DNA of 63,314 bases, filler included, from Octopus bimaculoides (GCF_001194135.2; 3 parts of 3 records of this genome joined end to end with filler, not necessarily neighbours in it); one strand, 5' to 3'; shown: positions 1 through 12,650, counted from the whole stretch's first letter. Notes: generated from the sequence alone by a model not told the origin. Program-made: numbers and translations.

Positions 1-134
1 CCGTCGCAAAAAACTTGCACCAGAGAGTCTACAAGTTGTTATACAACTTTGTATATAAAATAAACTTTACAAACAAACTTTTTAAAACATGAAAAAGGCA
101 AAACTTACGGAGCCGACACGTCTACCGTCCGTCC

Positions 135-165
<31 letters not shown>

Positions 166-213
166 TTCATGTATGTATTTAGATATATACAGACAAACAA
201 ATGCACTATAGTG

Positions 214-263
<50 letters not shown>

Positions 264-358
264 GGTTATGATTGGCTGTTCCGTTAGAAACGGAAGCAAC
301 AACAATGAAAGAAATGGTACTCAATACATCAAGTCAAGGCTGTATTGATTTCTTTTAG

Positions 359-484
359 AGGCGACACCTACTGGACGAGTACTGTTTCATTCTTGGGAAA
401 TTCATCAGAGAGAGGAATGTCTATGGAGTTTCCTCACTGAAGCAGTTTTGTGTAGAAGTGGATTTGGAGAAGATTTGTCGATCG
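359..484 (+). CDS. Candidate exon of an unidentified gene
   Basis: TTTCTTTTAG acceptor, G/GTATTG donor, 126 nt, open in two frames (RRHLLDEYCF...KICRS or ATPTGRVLF...EDLSI); no recognisable homology. Confidence 0.2.
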
Positions 485-574
485 GTATTGATTGTTGATT
501 GGTATCAGTTGACTAATTAAGGAACTGATTGATCAGTAGAATTAGAAAAATACTTTAATAGGAAGTAATGAAAA

Positions 575-925
575 TATGGCTATGTGATTAAGAAGTTCGC
601 TCAGCAACCACGTGATTTCGGGTTCAGTCCCACTATTTGGCACCTTGGGCAAATGTCTGCTACTGTAACCAACCCGAGCTAGTAGAATCTTCTGAGTTTG
701 ATAGACAGAAACTATGAAGAATTCTGTCATATATGTGCGTACGCATGTCATGTCAGTGCTTGCCTCCCACCGGTTGCCAACTGGTGCTGATTAGTTTGAG
801 CGAAAGGTTCGCCAGGATAAGTACAACATTTAAAATATGCAATGGGATCAATTTTATCAACTAAAGGCCTCAATGCATGCCCCAGTATACATGCAGTACA
901 ATGACTGAAAGAATTAAAAGTACAT
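575..925 (+). mobile_element. SINE family B, diverged
   Basis: GGGTTCAGTCCCACT..GGCACCTTGGGCAAATGTC ... ATGACTGAAA. Confidence 0.7.
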
Positions 926-1084
926 GTGTGTGTATACTATTTTTTTATCGCTTACTCAGAGGGGAGGAACAGATTGGATTCCTTTGCTAAAGGCATTTAA
1001 GCATCAGATGGTACTTGAACTCACAATGCAAAGAGCCAGAATAATTTCTGTCCCATATTCTTAGAATTCCGCCAAGCCACTGCC

Positions 1085-1225
1085 TTGACCGACACTTTAT
1101 TTTATTGACCCATAGAGAATGTAAAGTAAAAGCAGCCTCAATCAGATTTGAAATCAGAGCTCAAAGAGGCAGAATAGATACTGCAAAGCATTTCGTCTGA
1201 CAATCTAACGACTCTGCCAACGTGT
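1085..1225 (-). mobile_element. Diverged SINE family A remnant
   Basis: GATTTGAAATCAGA...AAGCATTTCGTCTG...CTAACGACTCTGCCA. Similar decayed pieces at about 4670-4800, 10670-10815 and 13725-13860. Confidence 0.55.
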
Positions 1226-1298
1226 ATATACGTTCAGGTGCGTGTGGCGTGTGGCTGAATGTGTGCATGTGTGTGTGTGTATACACATATCTGTGTGT

Positions 1299-1339
<41 letters not shown>

Positions 1340-1818
1340 TGTGTGTGTGTGTGTGTGTGTGTGGAAGAAAGATAATATGAAGGGTGAGAGAAAGTAATAC
1401 AAGTATACTTTTCAACAGTGATAAATAAATAAATCCATAGAAAGGTAGATAGATTGACAGGCAAATTGAAATAACGACAATGATGACAGCACGAAAGATT
1501 GAACGGTGAACAATAGCAATTCGATACTCTTAACAGTAATGAACGAGAGCAAGAAGCTGCATAGTTGCTATGGCGATCAGATTCATCTTATATGAAAAGT
1601 AATTAAGAATTTATTTGATAATCGTTTCTCCTTTATTTTTTCTCTTCTCAGTTTTTCTCTTCTCTACTTCTCCCTCTTCACCTTTCTCTACCCACTTTTC
1701 TCTCTCCATCACCTCACTTTTCCCTGTTCTTTCATTCTATTTCTACCTCTCTTTCACTCTTTCCCAACTTCCTTCTCTCTTACTATCTTCGTCTTTCCCA
1801 TGTCTCTCAATCTTTCAG

Positions 1819-1927
1819 TGTCTTGCAGCAGACTACACGGTTTTCGAAGATGTAAGAGAGATTGATAAAGAATACGTAGCAATGGATGTAGTAATTATTA
1901 AAATTAATGATACCAGATCAAACTGGC
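1819..1927 (+). CDS. Candidate exon of an unidentified gene
   Basis: Follows a 190-nt pyrimidine tract ending TTTCAG; reads CLAADYTVFEDVREIDKEYVAMDVVIIKINDTRSNW; donor GTAAAT (alternative GTAAGA at 1852); other frames closed. Confidence 0.3.
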
Positions 1928-4900
1928 GTAAATTGCTTTCTGTATTGGTTTTCTCTGACTTTGTCTGGATATGTTGCTGGTTTATGTCTTTATATTCTGT
2001 TGCTGTTGTTTTTATTTTCATTTTTATTTTATTTTTCGTTTGTTTTTTTTTTAACTCCATTATCTTTTATTCTCTTAATTTCAAGTCGTGGATATTTATT
2101 TCACTTCTTAATTTCAATTGACATTGTGTTATGTTGACTTATACAGAGAAATATATTTATAGAAAGCACAACACAGTCAAGGAATTGAATTGAAGAATTT
2201 TATGAATAAAATCGTTGTTAGAGAGAAACGAAGCAAAAAAAAAAGCCTTTACATAAATGATATAATTTTTCATCAGAATGCGCCATAAGTTAATATACAA
2301 ATGATAACAAAATCTGAAATAGATTTTTACACTAATACTATGGTTTTTATTAAACAAAACCAATCAAAATTTTCTATGACCAAATCAAATGCGCGAAAAA
2401 GTTTGCTTCTTTTCGGGTTCTGACTAGTAGACACAAATCAGTTGTAAATATAAAGTTGTGATAATACCAACCGGAACGCCTTTGACGACTATGGCTGACT
2501 TGATAGCAACATCAACACTATACTGTACTACAATGGAGAGGGGCTTTCATTATACTAGAAATAGCCGCCAAGTTTCCTCTAGAGGGGAGTTAGAGTAAAT
2601 AACGAAATCGCAGATGCACTATTGTCTGAATAAAAAAATGACAATAAATCTGAATGAGTGTTACAAGGCAATATTTATTTTACAAGCTCATGACTGCTTT
2701 ATATTAGTTTTTAAGATATGCACAAAACCAAGAATATAGTGGGGAAATATAAATGATCTTATTAACTCGAGAAAGATTCTACCTTCACTCAGACATTTCC
2801 AGACCACTCGTCTCTCCTCCACTAATTATTCTTCTTTTTTTTTTTTTTTGAGCAATCGTCCCAGACTTCGCACAAATCACTACGCCCAGTCCTTTCTTTT
2901 CCCTTTGCTTATCTCCCTGACGGTATTAACTTGTAAAGATTCAAGAGAAGCATTAATGGCATTAAGCCCCCACCCCAATATAGGAGAGTTTGCGAAGGCT
3001 ATGGCAATTTCCCTTCCGTAGACAGAGCGAGTCAATAGAAAAAAGGAATTAGTAAGATTTGAACTCAAACCATAAAAGTTATACAAGTAAATGACGCATG
3101 GTATTTTATCCGGTTGCTCTATTGGTTCTTCAGTTCACTACTGGTCATGTCTCTTAGAAATATTAAAAAGAAATGTAGGTAGAAAACTAAAGACTAATGT
3201 GTCTATGTACGTCTATGTATAACTATGTATGTGTGTCTAAATTGCTCAAATGCACTAAATAGATATGAACCAAGTTATGCCCTTGGTATATTTTGTTATT
3301 TTACTAACATAAAAAAAATAACTGTTTTTGAGCGTATCTGTGCATGGGAATGGGATTGGGGAAAGAAAAGAGTGTGGGTGGCACAATACTCTAGTCCACG
3401 GCTGATTCAAAGAATATCTTGTTGCAGATGATCTATGTAAGTTACTGCATAAATCTCATGCCACAATGTTATTCTTACTGTCTCTTTACATTTCTGAATA
3501 CCTAATACGATGTCTAGCTCTTCTCCAAGACGGAAATAATGTTATATATTATCCCTATTTTATTGTTGTGTATATTTACATCTCGTTAACAATATCTGCT
3601 CACTCATAAATCATTAGGATTTATATTTCACTCTGTATCATCCACGCAACACAACCAAAATTGACAAATTATTCATTTCTTTTTTAATCTATCATAATTT
3701 TTTTACTAAAAGAATACGCTGTTTGATTTTCTACTTAGAATCTTATCCATTACCCCTTATCTTCTACACTGGCAGGTCTATGAAACAGTTGTTTTCTCTT
3801 CTCAGATTATTTAATAAAAATAGGCACAATTTGGTGAATGTTCAGGTGGCATATAGCATGGCCGAATCACTTCAAAGATTTTAAACAGTCTTCTTTTCGA
3901 AACATTTTCCCAAACTTTTTAATAATTATACATCAAGGCTAAATAGCAATTTCTTCCGTTTATTGCGCTTATATTGTATAACCAAATAAAGTGAAAATGT
4001 TTGTATCTAACCTTTAAGACAACTAATATATTATTCCTAAAATGAGTTTAAAACCCTCGAGCCTCATATATGATCTGATCTGATTTCCTGTTTAAAGAAA
4101 ATATGTTAAACAGTAACATTTTCCCTTCTTAAGTGCGTTGTGTTCCTATGTAAGAAATATATACAATCCTTTAAAGTGAAGCTAAGTAAGAGGCAGGATT
4201 GGTTATCATTAATTATCACAATGCTTGTTTCAAGACTGCTAGAAATGAGATGTTTGGTTAGTTTATTTGGTTAGAATACCATTGGTTCCATTAAGATATT
4301 CAGTGTATCCAATATCTCGTGTGTTCGTGTTTTAAGATGATAGCAGATAGGTTTGGGGGAGATTTGATTGCTACTTGTAGCGGGAAGAGTTGCACATAGA
4401 AGATTCTTCGTTGGTTCAATCAGATATTTATTTCTACATGAATGCTGACTGAGAAGACCAATAATAAAAGGCATTTCAGCCCTGAGAATCTTCACTTTAC
4501 TTTCTAGTCACAATGCATAGAGTATCCTGGACTACATTATCCATTGTCTTTCCATTTTTAGCACAGTAAGATGTAACCCAAGGAAAACTTAGCTGTTATT
4601 TCTATCAGATAGAGCAACATGTAAAGCCTCCCTCATTGGTGTGTTTTGTGGAAGTCATATGGGGTGGTGGAACGACAGAAGTAGTAGAGCAACACAGTAA
4701 GGACTTTGGAGTATTTAATTCAATACATCTCTGAATGCATAGTATTAAATACTCCGAAGTCGACTTCACTTTCCACCTTTCTAGGGTTGATAGCAGCAGT
4801 AAAAAACATCAAATACACTCAACCATATCAATGTTATTCAGGGTAATACTCAATAACACAGATATGCAACATATAGAACTATTAGGAATGACAACGCTTC

Positions 4901-5543
4901 TAAAACATTGACACCACGTATAGAATATGTTTGATTCCAGGTCGATTAATTTCATCATATACATTTAAAGTCTTTAAGATTTACGTAGAATTAATTGGCA
5001 ATATTTTACTGTCTGCATTTATTAATAAAACAGCAAAACGATGAAGGAACTTTTATGTGCTATATAAGCAAAATTTNNNNNNNNNNNNNNNNNNNNNNNN
5101 NNNNNNNNNNNNNNNNNNNNNNNNNNNNNNNNNNNNNNNNNNNNNNNNNNNNNNNNNNNNNNNNNNNNNNNNNNNNNNNNNNNNNNNNNNNNNNNNNNNN
5201 NNNNNNNNNNNNNNNNNNNNNNNNNNNNNNNNNNNNNNNNNNNNNNNNNNNNNNNNNNNNNNNNNNNNNNNNNNNNNNNNNNNNNNNNNNNNNNNNNNNN
5301 NNNNNNNNNNNNNNCCATAGCTTTTCAAACAGTGAAGAAATTCGAAATACTTCCTTTCTAACTTTTATTGATGTTTGATCTTTGAACCTCTCAAACATTC
5401 ATCGTATCATTTGAACGAGTAAATTTTCAACCCGTGTGAAGAAAACTTTATCTTGGTGAATGAGTATTCTTTATACTATGTCAGATGTGTTTTAATGTCG
5501 AAAGTATGCTTAAGTCTTTATTTAATAATCTTAAGGATTTTAC

Positions 5544-5630
5544 CTCGACGATTTCCTTCATTTCAATTTCATCCCGCACCCACGTATTGCACACATCACG
5601 GCTCACTGTATTTCCTGATTTATATTCTTC
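5544..5630 (-). CDS. Candidate exon (minus strand)
   Basis: CTTTTTTCAG acceptor, GAG/GTAAAA donor, 87 nt phase 0-0, EEYKSGNTVSRDVCNTWVRDEIEMKEIVE; other frames closed. Confidence 0.25.
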
Positions 5631-6781
5631 CTGAAAAAAGTCTTCCACCAAATCATCCTCTTTCATATTAAAATGTCAGGATGTAAAGTATAATGTTTTC
5701 ACTGGAACTCCTGACTTGTAATATATATTAGCCTGCAGTTACAATTCATATGTAATAAATATATCCTAGTACTGATTACTATACATTGTTTTGTGGCGCA
5801 TCGTTGGTAACGATTAAAAAGTTGTCATGGTTTTACTACCACTAGTAACAGACTATTATTTATTTTGCTTGATCTGTGGTGATTGTAATGAATAACGATA
5901 ATGATGCTTTACATGCCATTTTATGCAGGCTGAAATGCAACTAAAGTAGTCGCCACTTTAGTCATTCAACAAACAATGATCTAGAAATATCTTATAGCTG
6001 TAACTGTGATGTAGATGACAGCAATAGTAATTATGCTAATATGCATTATAAAGAGATACTAAACTGAACACTAGAGTCTACAGCTAAATGTGACACTCTC
6101 GAAAAACATATTTCACATTAATTATTAATCTTAAGGTAGAGAATATAGGGAAATTAATCTTTTTTATTGAATCGTTCTGTCTTACGCGCATTTTTCCACG
6201 AAATACAATGGAGTCGTGGGTGCATTACTCATCTACAGTTGAGAAGTGTGTGAAGTACAAGAATTGGGGATATGACAGTACCTCTAAAACGCATGCTCAT
6301 GTAGATAGAAAGCCCTACAGACAACGGAGCATGTCTGGTAGTCTTTTACTAAATTTTGTTGATACACAACAATTTTGTTCTAAATTGTATATTTTTATTA
6401 ACTATATCTTCGATATGTTCATAAATCACCAAAATATTTTCCAGGATAGACCATACTAATTATTGCTTACATCTCATTGAACCAGGAAATACTGTATAAG
6501 TTAATAACAAATATTTCTTTGAATTTTAGACTTATTGCTATATTTCTCGAGTTAACTTATTATTTTCATCGAGTTTTCTTGGTGTAAACTCTGAATTAAC
6601 ACCTTTTTGTGTGTTTATATCTACATCTGGCCTAGTTGGTTTGATATGTATGAGTGTGTGTGTGAGAGAGAGAGAGAGAGAATCACATTGTGTATATTTC
6701 TTACACATTCAGCCTAAAGCGTAGACGGAATACATCTATTTTTTTTATATATTGTTTCTAGAAATGAGATTCGTTGATATC

Positions 6782-6941
6782 AGGCGTAGCTGTGTAGTAA
6801 GAAGCTTACTTCCTAACCACATGTTTCCGGGTTCAGTCTCATTGTGTGGCACCTTGGGCAAGTGTCTTCTACGATAGCCTCGAGTCGACCAAAGCCTTGT
6901 GAGTGGATTTGGTAGACGGAAACTGAAAGAAGCCTGTCGTA

Positions 6942-7023
<82 letters not shown>

Positions 7024-7190
7024 TGTGTGTGTGTTTGTCCCCACCACCGCTTGACAACAGAGACCAAGTGAATAAGTCCCAGGCTTTAAAAAAGTCCTGG
7101 GGTCGATTTGTTTGACTAGAACCCTTCAAGGCGGTGCCCCAGCATGGCCGCAGTCAAATGACTGAAATACGTAAAAGGTAAAAGATAAAC
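6782..7190 (+). mobile_element. SINE family B (tRNA head, CORE-like block, internal (TG)n, CR1-like tail)
   Basis: A/B-box-like head (TAGCTGTGTAGT, GGGTTCAGTC), ACCTTGGGCAAGT, (TG)n, tail GGCGGTGCCCCAGCATGGCCGCAGTCAAATGACTGAAA. May correspond to a described octopus OR-type SINE (not verified). Confidence 0.85.
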
Positions 7191-7477
7191 CTTTTCAGGG
7201 GAGATAACTAATAGACAACTAGTAATGTCGGAGTTCAGATCTTACAAGGATTTACTTAGCTCTTCGTTCCTTCAATATGAGTAAGATAAGTAATACATAC
7301 AGGCTCATTTAACGGATTATATCTCGCCTCTAAAAGACTTTTTCTTTCGCTAAATCAAAAGAAATTAAAGCAGTTAAATTAGTTCAGCAGCATTTGACAA
7401 ACTGAAGGCTTGAACTAAACATTGTCAAAGGCCTTTGTTCAGTTCCTCTGGTAGTTAGACGTATTCATTTGTGTGTG

Positions 7478-7515
<38 letters not shown>

Positions 7516-7536
7516 GATTCTTTTTTTTTCTTTCAG

Positions 7537-7574
7537 GAATACAAGGCCAAGATGGGAGTTCCATAGGATATGCA
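7537..7574 (+). CDS. Candidate small exon
   Basis: T-rich acceptor TTTTTTTTTCTTTCAG, phase 1 IQGQDGSSIGYA, donor GTAATC; phase-compatible with 1819-1927. Confidence 0.2.
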
Positions 7575-7716
7575 GTAATCGCAGTTCACCTATCACGGTT
7601 CACCCATCGCAGTTTATTATTTAAGCTTACGCCGATTTGATTTAATCTTATCAGAAACTGCTTTCTATTCCATTTCCCTATCCATTAAATTCAACTCTGA
7701 TAGTTTTCTTTAAACC

Positions 7717-8036
7717 TGTAGTAACGCCCTATCTCATGCGCATGCGTGGAATTCAACATCTAAACGTTCCCGTTCAATTCATTCTCTTTTTCGGCCGGCC
7801 GGCCATGAGCATGGTCATGTCAAGCAGTGTCTCTAACATCCCAACTCTGGAGCTGTACGAATAACCTCTCAACATCATTGACGGCGTCTCAGCAACCAAA
7901 GGGCGAAGTGCTGCCTATTTCCACTGTAAATAAATATTGTTGTGTTGATAGTTCGGAGTTCTGCGTTTCGTTATTATTTAGAATTTAATATAGGAAAGCA
8001 GGTGTACACCTAATGGTGTATAACCACTTTCCTATA
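7717..8036 (+). repeat. 5' LTR
   Basis: 320 bp, about 97% identical to 9328-9647, followed by a PBS. Confidence 0.9.
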
Positions 8037-8038
8037 AT

Positions 8039-8056
8039 TGGTGACCCCGACGTGAT
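8039..8056 (+). promoter_or_regulatory. Primer-binding site, tRNA-Trp
   Basis: TGGTGACCCCGACGTGAT is the reverse complement of the conserved 3' end of metazoan tRNA-Trp(CCA) (...ATCACGTCGGGGTCA-CCA). A second 13-nt copy lies at 8341-8353. Confidence 0.85.
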
Positions 8057-8336
8057 CATTCTCTTTCGCGGCCGGCCGGCATGGAGCATGGACGTGTCAA
8101 GCTGTCTCTCTCCATCTTTCGAACTCACGCCAGACAGCTCACATTTACATTCCGACGTCTCAGCAACCATGCTCTCACACACAGAAGGCGTCTCAACAAC
8201 CAAGATTAAAGCTGCATATTTTCCACCATGAATAAATATTGTTGTGTTGATAGTTTGGAGTTCTGCGTCCCGTTCATTCTAATTTAATATAGGAAAGTAG
8301 GTGCACACCTAATGGTGTGTAACCACTATTCCTATA
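8057..8336 (+). repeat. Diverged, 5'-truncated sister LTR
   Basis: Shares CATTCTCTTT..CGGCCGGCCGG, GGCGTCTCA.CAACCAA and AATAAATATTGTTGTGTTGATAGTT...TTCCTATA with the flanking LTRs but differs centrally; followed by its own PBS. Confidence 0.85.
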
Positions 8337-9327
8337 AAAGTGGTGACCCCGACTAAAGAACGACCGCAGCCACGAAATCTGAACTAACCAACATCATCAT
8401 CGCCATCAGCAACACGAGTCTACGACTACTACCAAGCAGCCTTTTCGCCACCAACATCTCTCTCTTCGATTCTGTTTGGTGACTCAGATTCACCGCGATT
8501 ATTAATAGACAAGAGAACACAGCCAGTTTACAGCGATTCCATCAACAGCTTCGTCCAACCAAGATTACCACCGCGGTCGACAACAACAACCACGACGAAC
8601 TACAAGCATCACCCCGACGTCGCCAACAGCGTCAACATGACATCATTATCACCACACACATACAGAACACAGCTATAGCCAGTTCCAGCGCCNNNNNNNN
8701 NNNNNNNNNNNNNNNNNNNNNNNNNNNNNNNNNNNNNNNNNNNNNNNNNNNNNNNNNNNNNNNNNNNNNNNNNNNNNNNNNNNNNNNNNNNNNNNNNNNN
8801 NNNNNNNNNNNNNNNNNNNNNNNNNNNNNNNNNNNNNNNNNNNNNNNNNNNNNNNNNNNNNNNNNNNNNNNNNNNNNNNNNNNNNNNNNNNNNNNNNNNN
8901 NNNNNNNNNNNNNNNNNNNNNNNNNNNNNNNNNNNNNNNNNNNNNNNNNNNNNNNNNNNNNNNNNNNNNNNNNNNNNNNNNNNNNNNNNNNNNNNNNNNN
9001 NNNNNNNNNNNNNNNNNNNNNNNNNNNNNNNNNNNNNNNNNNNNNNNNNNNNNNNNNNNNNNNNNNNNNNNNNNNNNNNNNNNNNNNNNNNNNNNNNNNN
9101 NNNNNNNNNNNNNNNNNNNNNNNNNNNNNNNNNNNNNNNNNNNNNNNNNNNNNNNNNNNNNNNNNNNNNNNNNNNNNNNNNNNNNNNNNNNNNNNNNNNN
9201 NNNNNNNNNNNNNNTTTCTTTGTGTGTGTTTGTGCTACATCTTGTGGTTGGTTTTCAGTGGCCATCTTGCCTCAGGCGTTCCTCCAATTTTCTATTTTCG
9301 TGCGTTCCGCACTGGCAAGGGGAGCCC

Positions 9328-9647
9328 TGTAGTAACGCCCTATCTCATGCGCATGCGTGGAATTCAACATCTAAACGTTCCCGCTCAATTCATTCTCTTT
9401 CTCGGCCGGCCGGCCATGAGCATGGTCATGTCAAGCAGTGTCTCCAACATTCCAACTCTTGAGCTTGACAAATAACCTCTCAACATCATTGACGGCGTCT
9501 CAGCAACCAAAGGGCGAAGTGCTGCCTATTTCCACTGTAAATAAATATTGTTGTGTTGATAGTTCGGAGTTCTGCGTTCCGTTATTATTTAGAATTTAAT
9601 ATAGGAAAGCAGGTGTACACCTAATGGTGTATAACCACTTTCCTATA
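9328..9647 (+). repeat. 3' LTR
   Basis: Direct repeat of 7717-8036, preceded by a polypurine tract. Confidence 0.9.
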
Positions 9648-10341
9648 AAGCTAAAAGCTTTAAGGAATAATATTCGATCTAATTTCTTCTTAAAGGTTTC
9701 AGTGACCTTACAACATATTATGTTCTTATGAGATTCGCTGATGTCATTTATTTGACTGGAGTGGTTTAAAAGAAAATATATGGTCAGGCGGCTTTCACAA
9801 TGCGTCACAGAACCGTATTCAGTATGTCAGTTTTTCATTTGGTGGCTGTTTCCTGTCAATCTTCAACAAAACTTACTACAACTGTGCTGCTTTTGTAATT
9901 TTAAAATCGAATATTGCGCTCATTTATTAATATATCGTTTCCATGGTCTTCATAGAGAAAATAATCATTGTAACTATTTCGTTATTTCTTTTTGACATGT
10001 CCATTCTATAAACCTCTGTTCAACCAACTGAAAGAAATCGGCGTAAGATCTCTGAATATGATTATGATACACAAACGTGTATCATAACGTATAATAACAA
10101 ATTTCATGCTGAAATTTGTTCCTCTTCCGCTTAATTCTACTTAGCTAGTTCAAGCATTTATCATTTTAATACTTTTGTTATGATCTTTAATTGTGAATGT
10201 GTTGTATATAGCACATGTTTCAGATTATAATTTTCTGGATGAAGAATAAATCCAGTTGGACAAACAACGTTTAGGATTTCCGCTACAATTTCACATTAAC
10301 TGTACAGCATTTTTCTTTCTTTTTTTATTATTACTTACTGT

Positions 10342-10525
10342 AAGGCGGTGAGCTAGTTAAAGTGCTTAGTTCCGGTTCTTTACATTCTGAGTTCAAATTC
10401 CACCGAGGTCAGCTTTCCCTTTCCTCCTTTCGGGGTTCGATAAAATACAGAAGCCAGTCAAGTACTGAAATCAATGTAATCGACTTAATACAACCCTTCA
10501 AAACTGCTGGCCAAGTTACCAAAAT
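10342..10525 (+). mobile_element. SINE family A
   Basis: GGCGGTGAGCT head, TTCTGAGTTCAAATTCC B box, CCTTTCGGGGT.CGATAAA core. Confidence 0.8.
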
Positions 10526-12129
10526 TACAGAGAACTGTTATTTATTTTCTTTAAATGAAAATTTATCGGAAGAAGGTTCAAACCTCTGAGTTTCTTTGCG
10601 TTTCAATACCCTCTGAAGTTGAGAAATGAACCTCTTAAGTAGACGGCTAAACTTTTGCCAATAAAAAGATTTAGGTCGATTTACAGTGTGTTACTTGAAA
10701 TCATCTTTTATTCATCCCAGAACGACAAAGTACCCAGACAAAATATCGCTAAGATTTGAACCAGAAGACTGAGAAAAACTACCATTCTGTAAGGCAAATG
10801 TCAGGCAATCTATTGCATCTGTCAAATCACTGCCAGTGGTACCTCAAAGTATAGAGGGGGAAATGTGTTAGTTTCATGATCATGCTTATCGATATAACTA
10901 CAATGGATGCACTTCAAACAGGAATTGAAAGCGTGTTTTGATGTCAAATCATCAGTACTTTATTTATGTCATTTATCCAAAGGAATAAACTTTTAATTTC
11001 TTATGTAAAATCGTGGTCTGAGATTTTCTGCACGCAAAATAATCATTTATAGTGTTGAAGCTTTTTAAGTTTATTAGTCACAGAAATAAAAGGAGCCATT
11101 GAGAATCGAACTTCGATCAAGTACTCGACTCACAACATACTTGTCACTACTTACCAACATAGAACGCTCTCTTTAAAAATTTCTTGCGTAGGGACAGTGC
11201 TACAAAACGGTAAGCAACCTGGACTGTTAGCTAAATCCTTTAGCATAAATGTCTAGCATTAATTATATCCGTCTAAAGAGATGAAAAGACAATCACATTG
11301 ACTATTCGTCGTCATGGTTGTCGTGATTAAGGCGTCGCCATTGTTGTTGGAGGAGGTGGATGAGAAGAAGAGGTATGGTGGCGGTGGATGTTATTGTTGA
11401 TTAGCCCAAGATCAACCTTGAGCGAAAACATTCTAGCTGTGATCGTCCCGTTGTTTTGGGTATGTCTATGACCTCATGATACAATAAGTTCTTTCTTGTT
11501 TAAAACAGTTAAGAGTTGATTTGGGAAAGATTTGACAGAGATTTCTAACTTATCGATCAACAGCAGAAGGACTTCCTCAGAGCTTACACCCGAAGATAGC
11601 ACATTCTAATAGACGTATTTTAGCCACTTTGATGTTTTCTTTATAAATTATAATTTCACTCAGAGATAAAGCTACGAATTGTGTAAACAGCTAAAACGTG
11701 CATTATACTGATTATCTTTGAGGAAGAAAGTTTAAAGGTTCCGGGTAGCACCTCTTGTCAAAGAATGATATTTTCTTATGGTGTCGGATAAATAGATTGG
11801 GTGTAGTGGAAGGGAAACTCAAAAGAAAATAGTAAAGAATAGTGGATGGGGACAGTAAACAATGGAAAATGATTGGTGAGATTGAAGATGATGGATCTAA
11901 ATATATTCGATTACATTGATACTTTGTCTGGCTAATATTTATTTAATATTTGCCTGCGAATGGTGTTCTTAATTTTGTTAATTTTGTCTTGGAGGCATTC
12001 CAACAACTATATGTCAGAGCATAAATTGATTAATACTTTTTACATCAGTGTTTGTGTGAACATGTATGCAAATATATATGTACATATGTGAAACTGCGTG
12101 TGTGTTGTGTGTGTGTGTGATGTATTTAT

Positions 12130-12365
12130 GTATGCGAGGCTTAGGCGCAAACATGCCTTTGTGGCTAAGAAGTTTTCTTCTCAATGACATTACTTCGGCC
12201 TCAGCCTCACAACATGGAAAACCTTGGGAAAATGTCTTCTACTATAGTACAAGGTCGACCAAAAGCTTGCAAATGGATTTGGTAGCCGGAATCCGAAAGA
12301 AATACGTCGTATGTATGTGCATATGTGTGTGTGTGATTTCAATATCTGCCAAGGGCAAAAAATTG
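12130..12365 (+). mobile_element. SINE family B, diverged 5' half
   Basis: CCTTGGGAAAATGTCTTCTACTATAG...GGATTTGGTAG.CGGAA. Confidence 0.7.
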
Positions 12366-12379
12366 GTGTATTACTCAGC

Positions 12380-12650
12380 CGTGTAATATACTCTACTGTT
12401 CCATTTACTTCCTTTTTAGCATTGACCTCCACTGTTCTTGGATAATTTTACTGACTTTCTGGGTGGGGATCTTCTTGTTGAGCACTCTTATCAAAAAGTC
12501 CTAGAACAGGATATTTGTTTTTGCAGGAGCATGTATTGCACAGAACAGCTGCAGTTCTATCCCTCCCATGTTATGTTTCTTGTAACACTGGGCCAACGTT
12601 TGCATTGGTCATATCTATCGATGATTTGAAAAATGTTTCGTAATAAATCA
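12380..12650 (-). mobile_element. Possible very old R4/Dong 3' remnant
   Basis: Weak resemblance to the C-terminal ...LQK..LLGTARILR.VL region. Confidence 0.3.

Larger units (their letters stand above)
7717..9647 (+). mobile_element. Small LTR retroelement (Ty3/Gypsy-type ends, apparently non-autonomous) with an extra internal LTR
   Basis: Two 320-bp direct repeats, 7717-8036 and 9328-9647 (TGTA...TATA, about 9 differences by eye). PBS at 8039-8056, purine tract CAAGGGGAGCCC just before the 3' LTR, flanks AACC/AAGC (possible 4-bp TSD with 1 mismatch). No gag/pol visible; about 520 N inside. Confidence 0.85.

Noticed and set aside
384-408. Hammerhead-like core on minus (CTGATGA-ATTTCCCAAGAAT-GAAAC)
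   Set aside because: Core and a weak stem II exist, but stem I cannot form with any downstream NUH site and stem III is mismatched.
12438-12629. Exon-like segment after TTTTGCAG
   Set aside because: No convincing donor; the opposite strand resembles a Dong 3' remnant.
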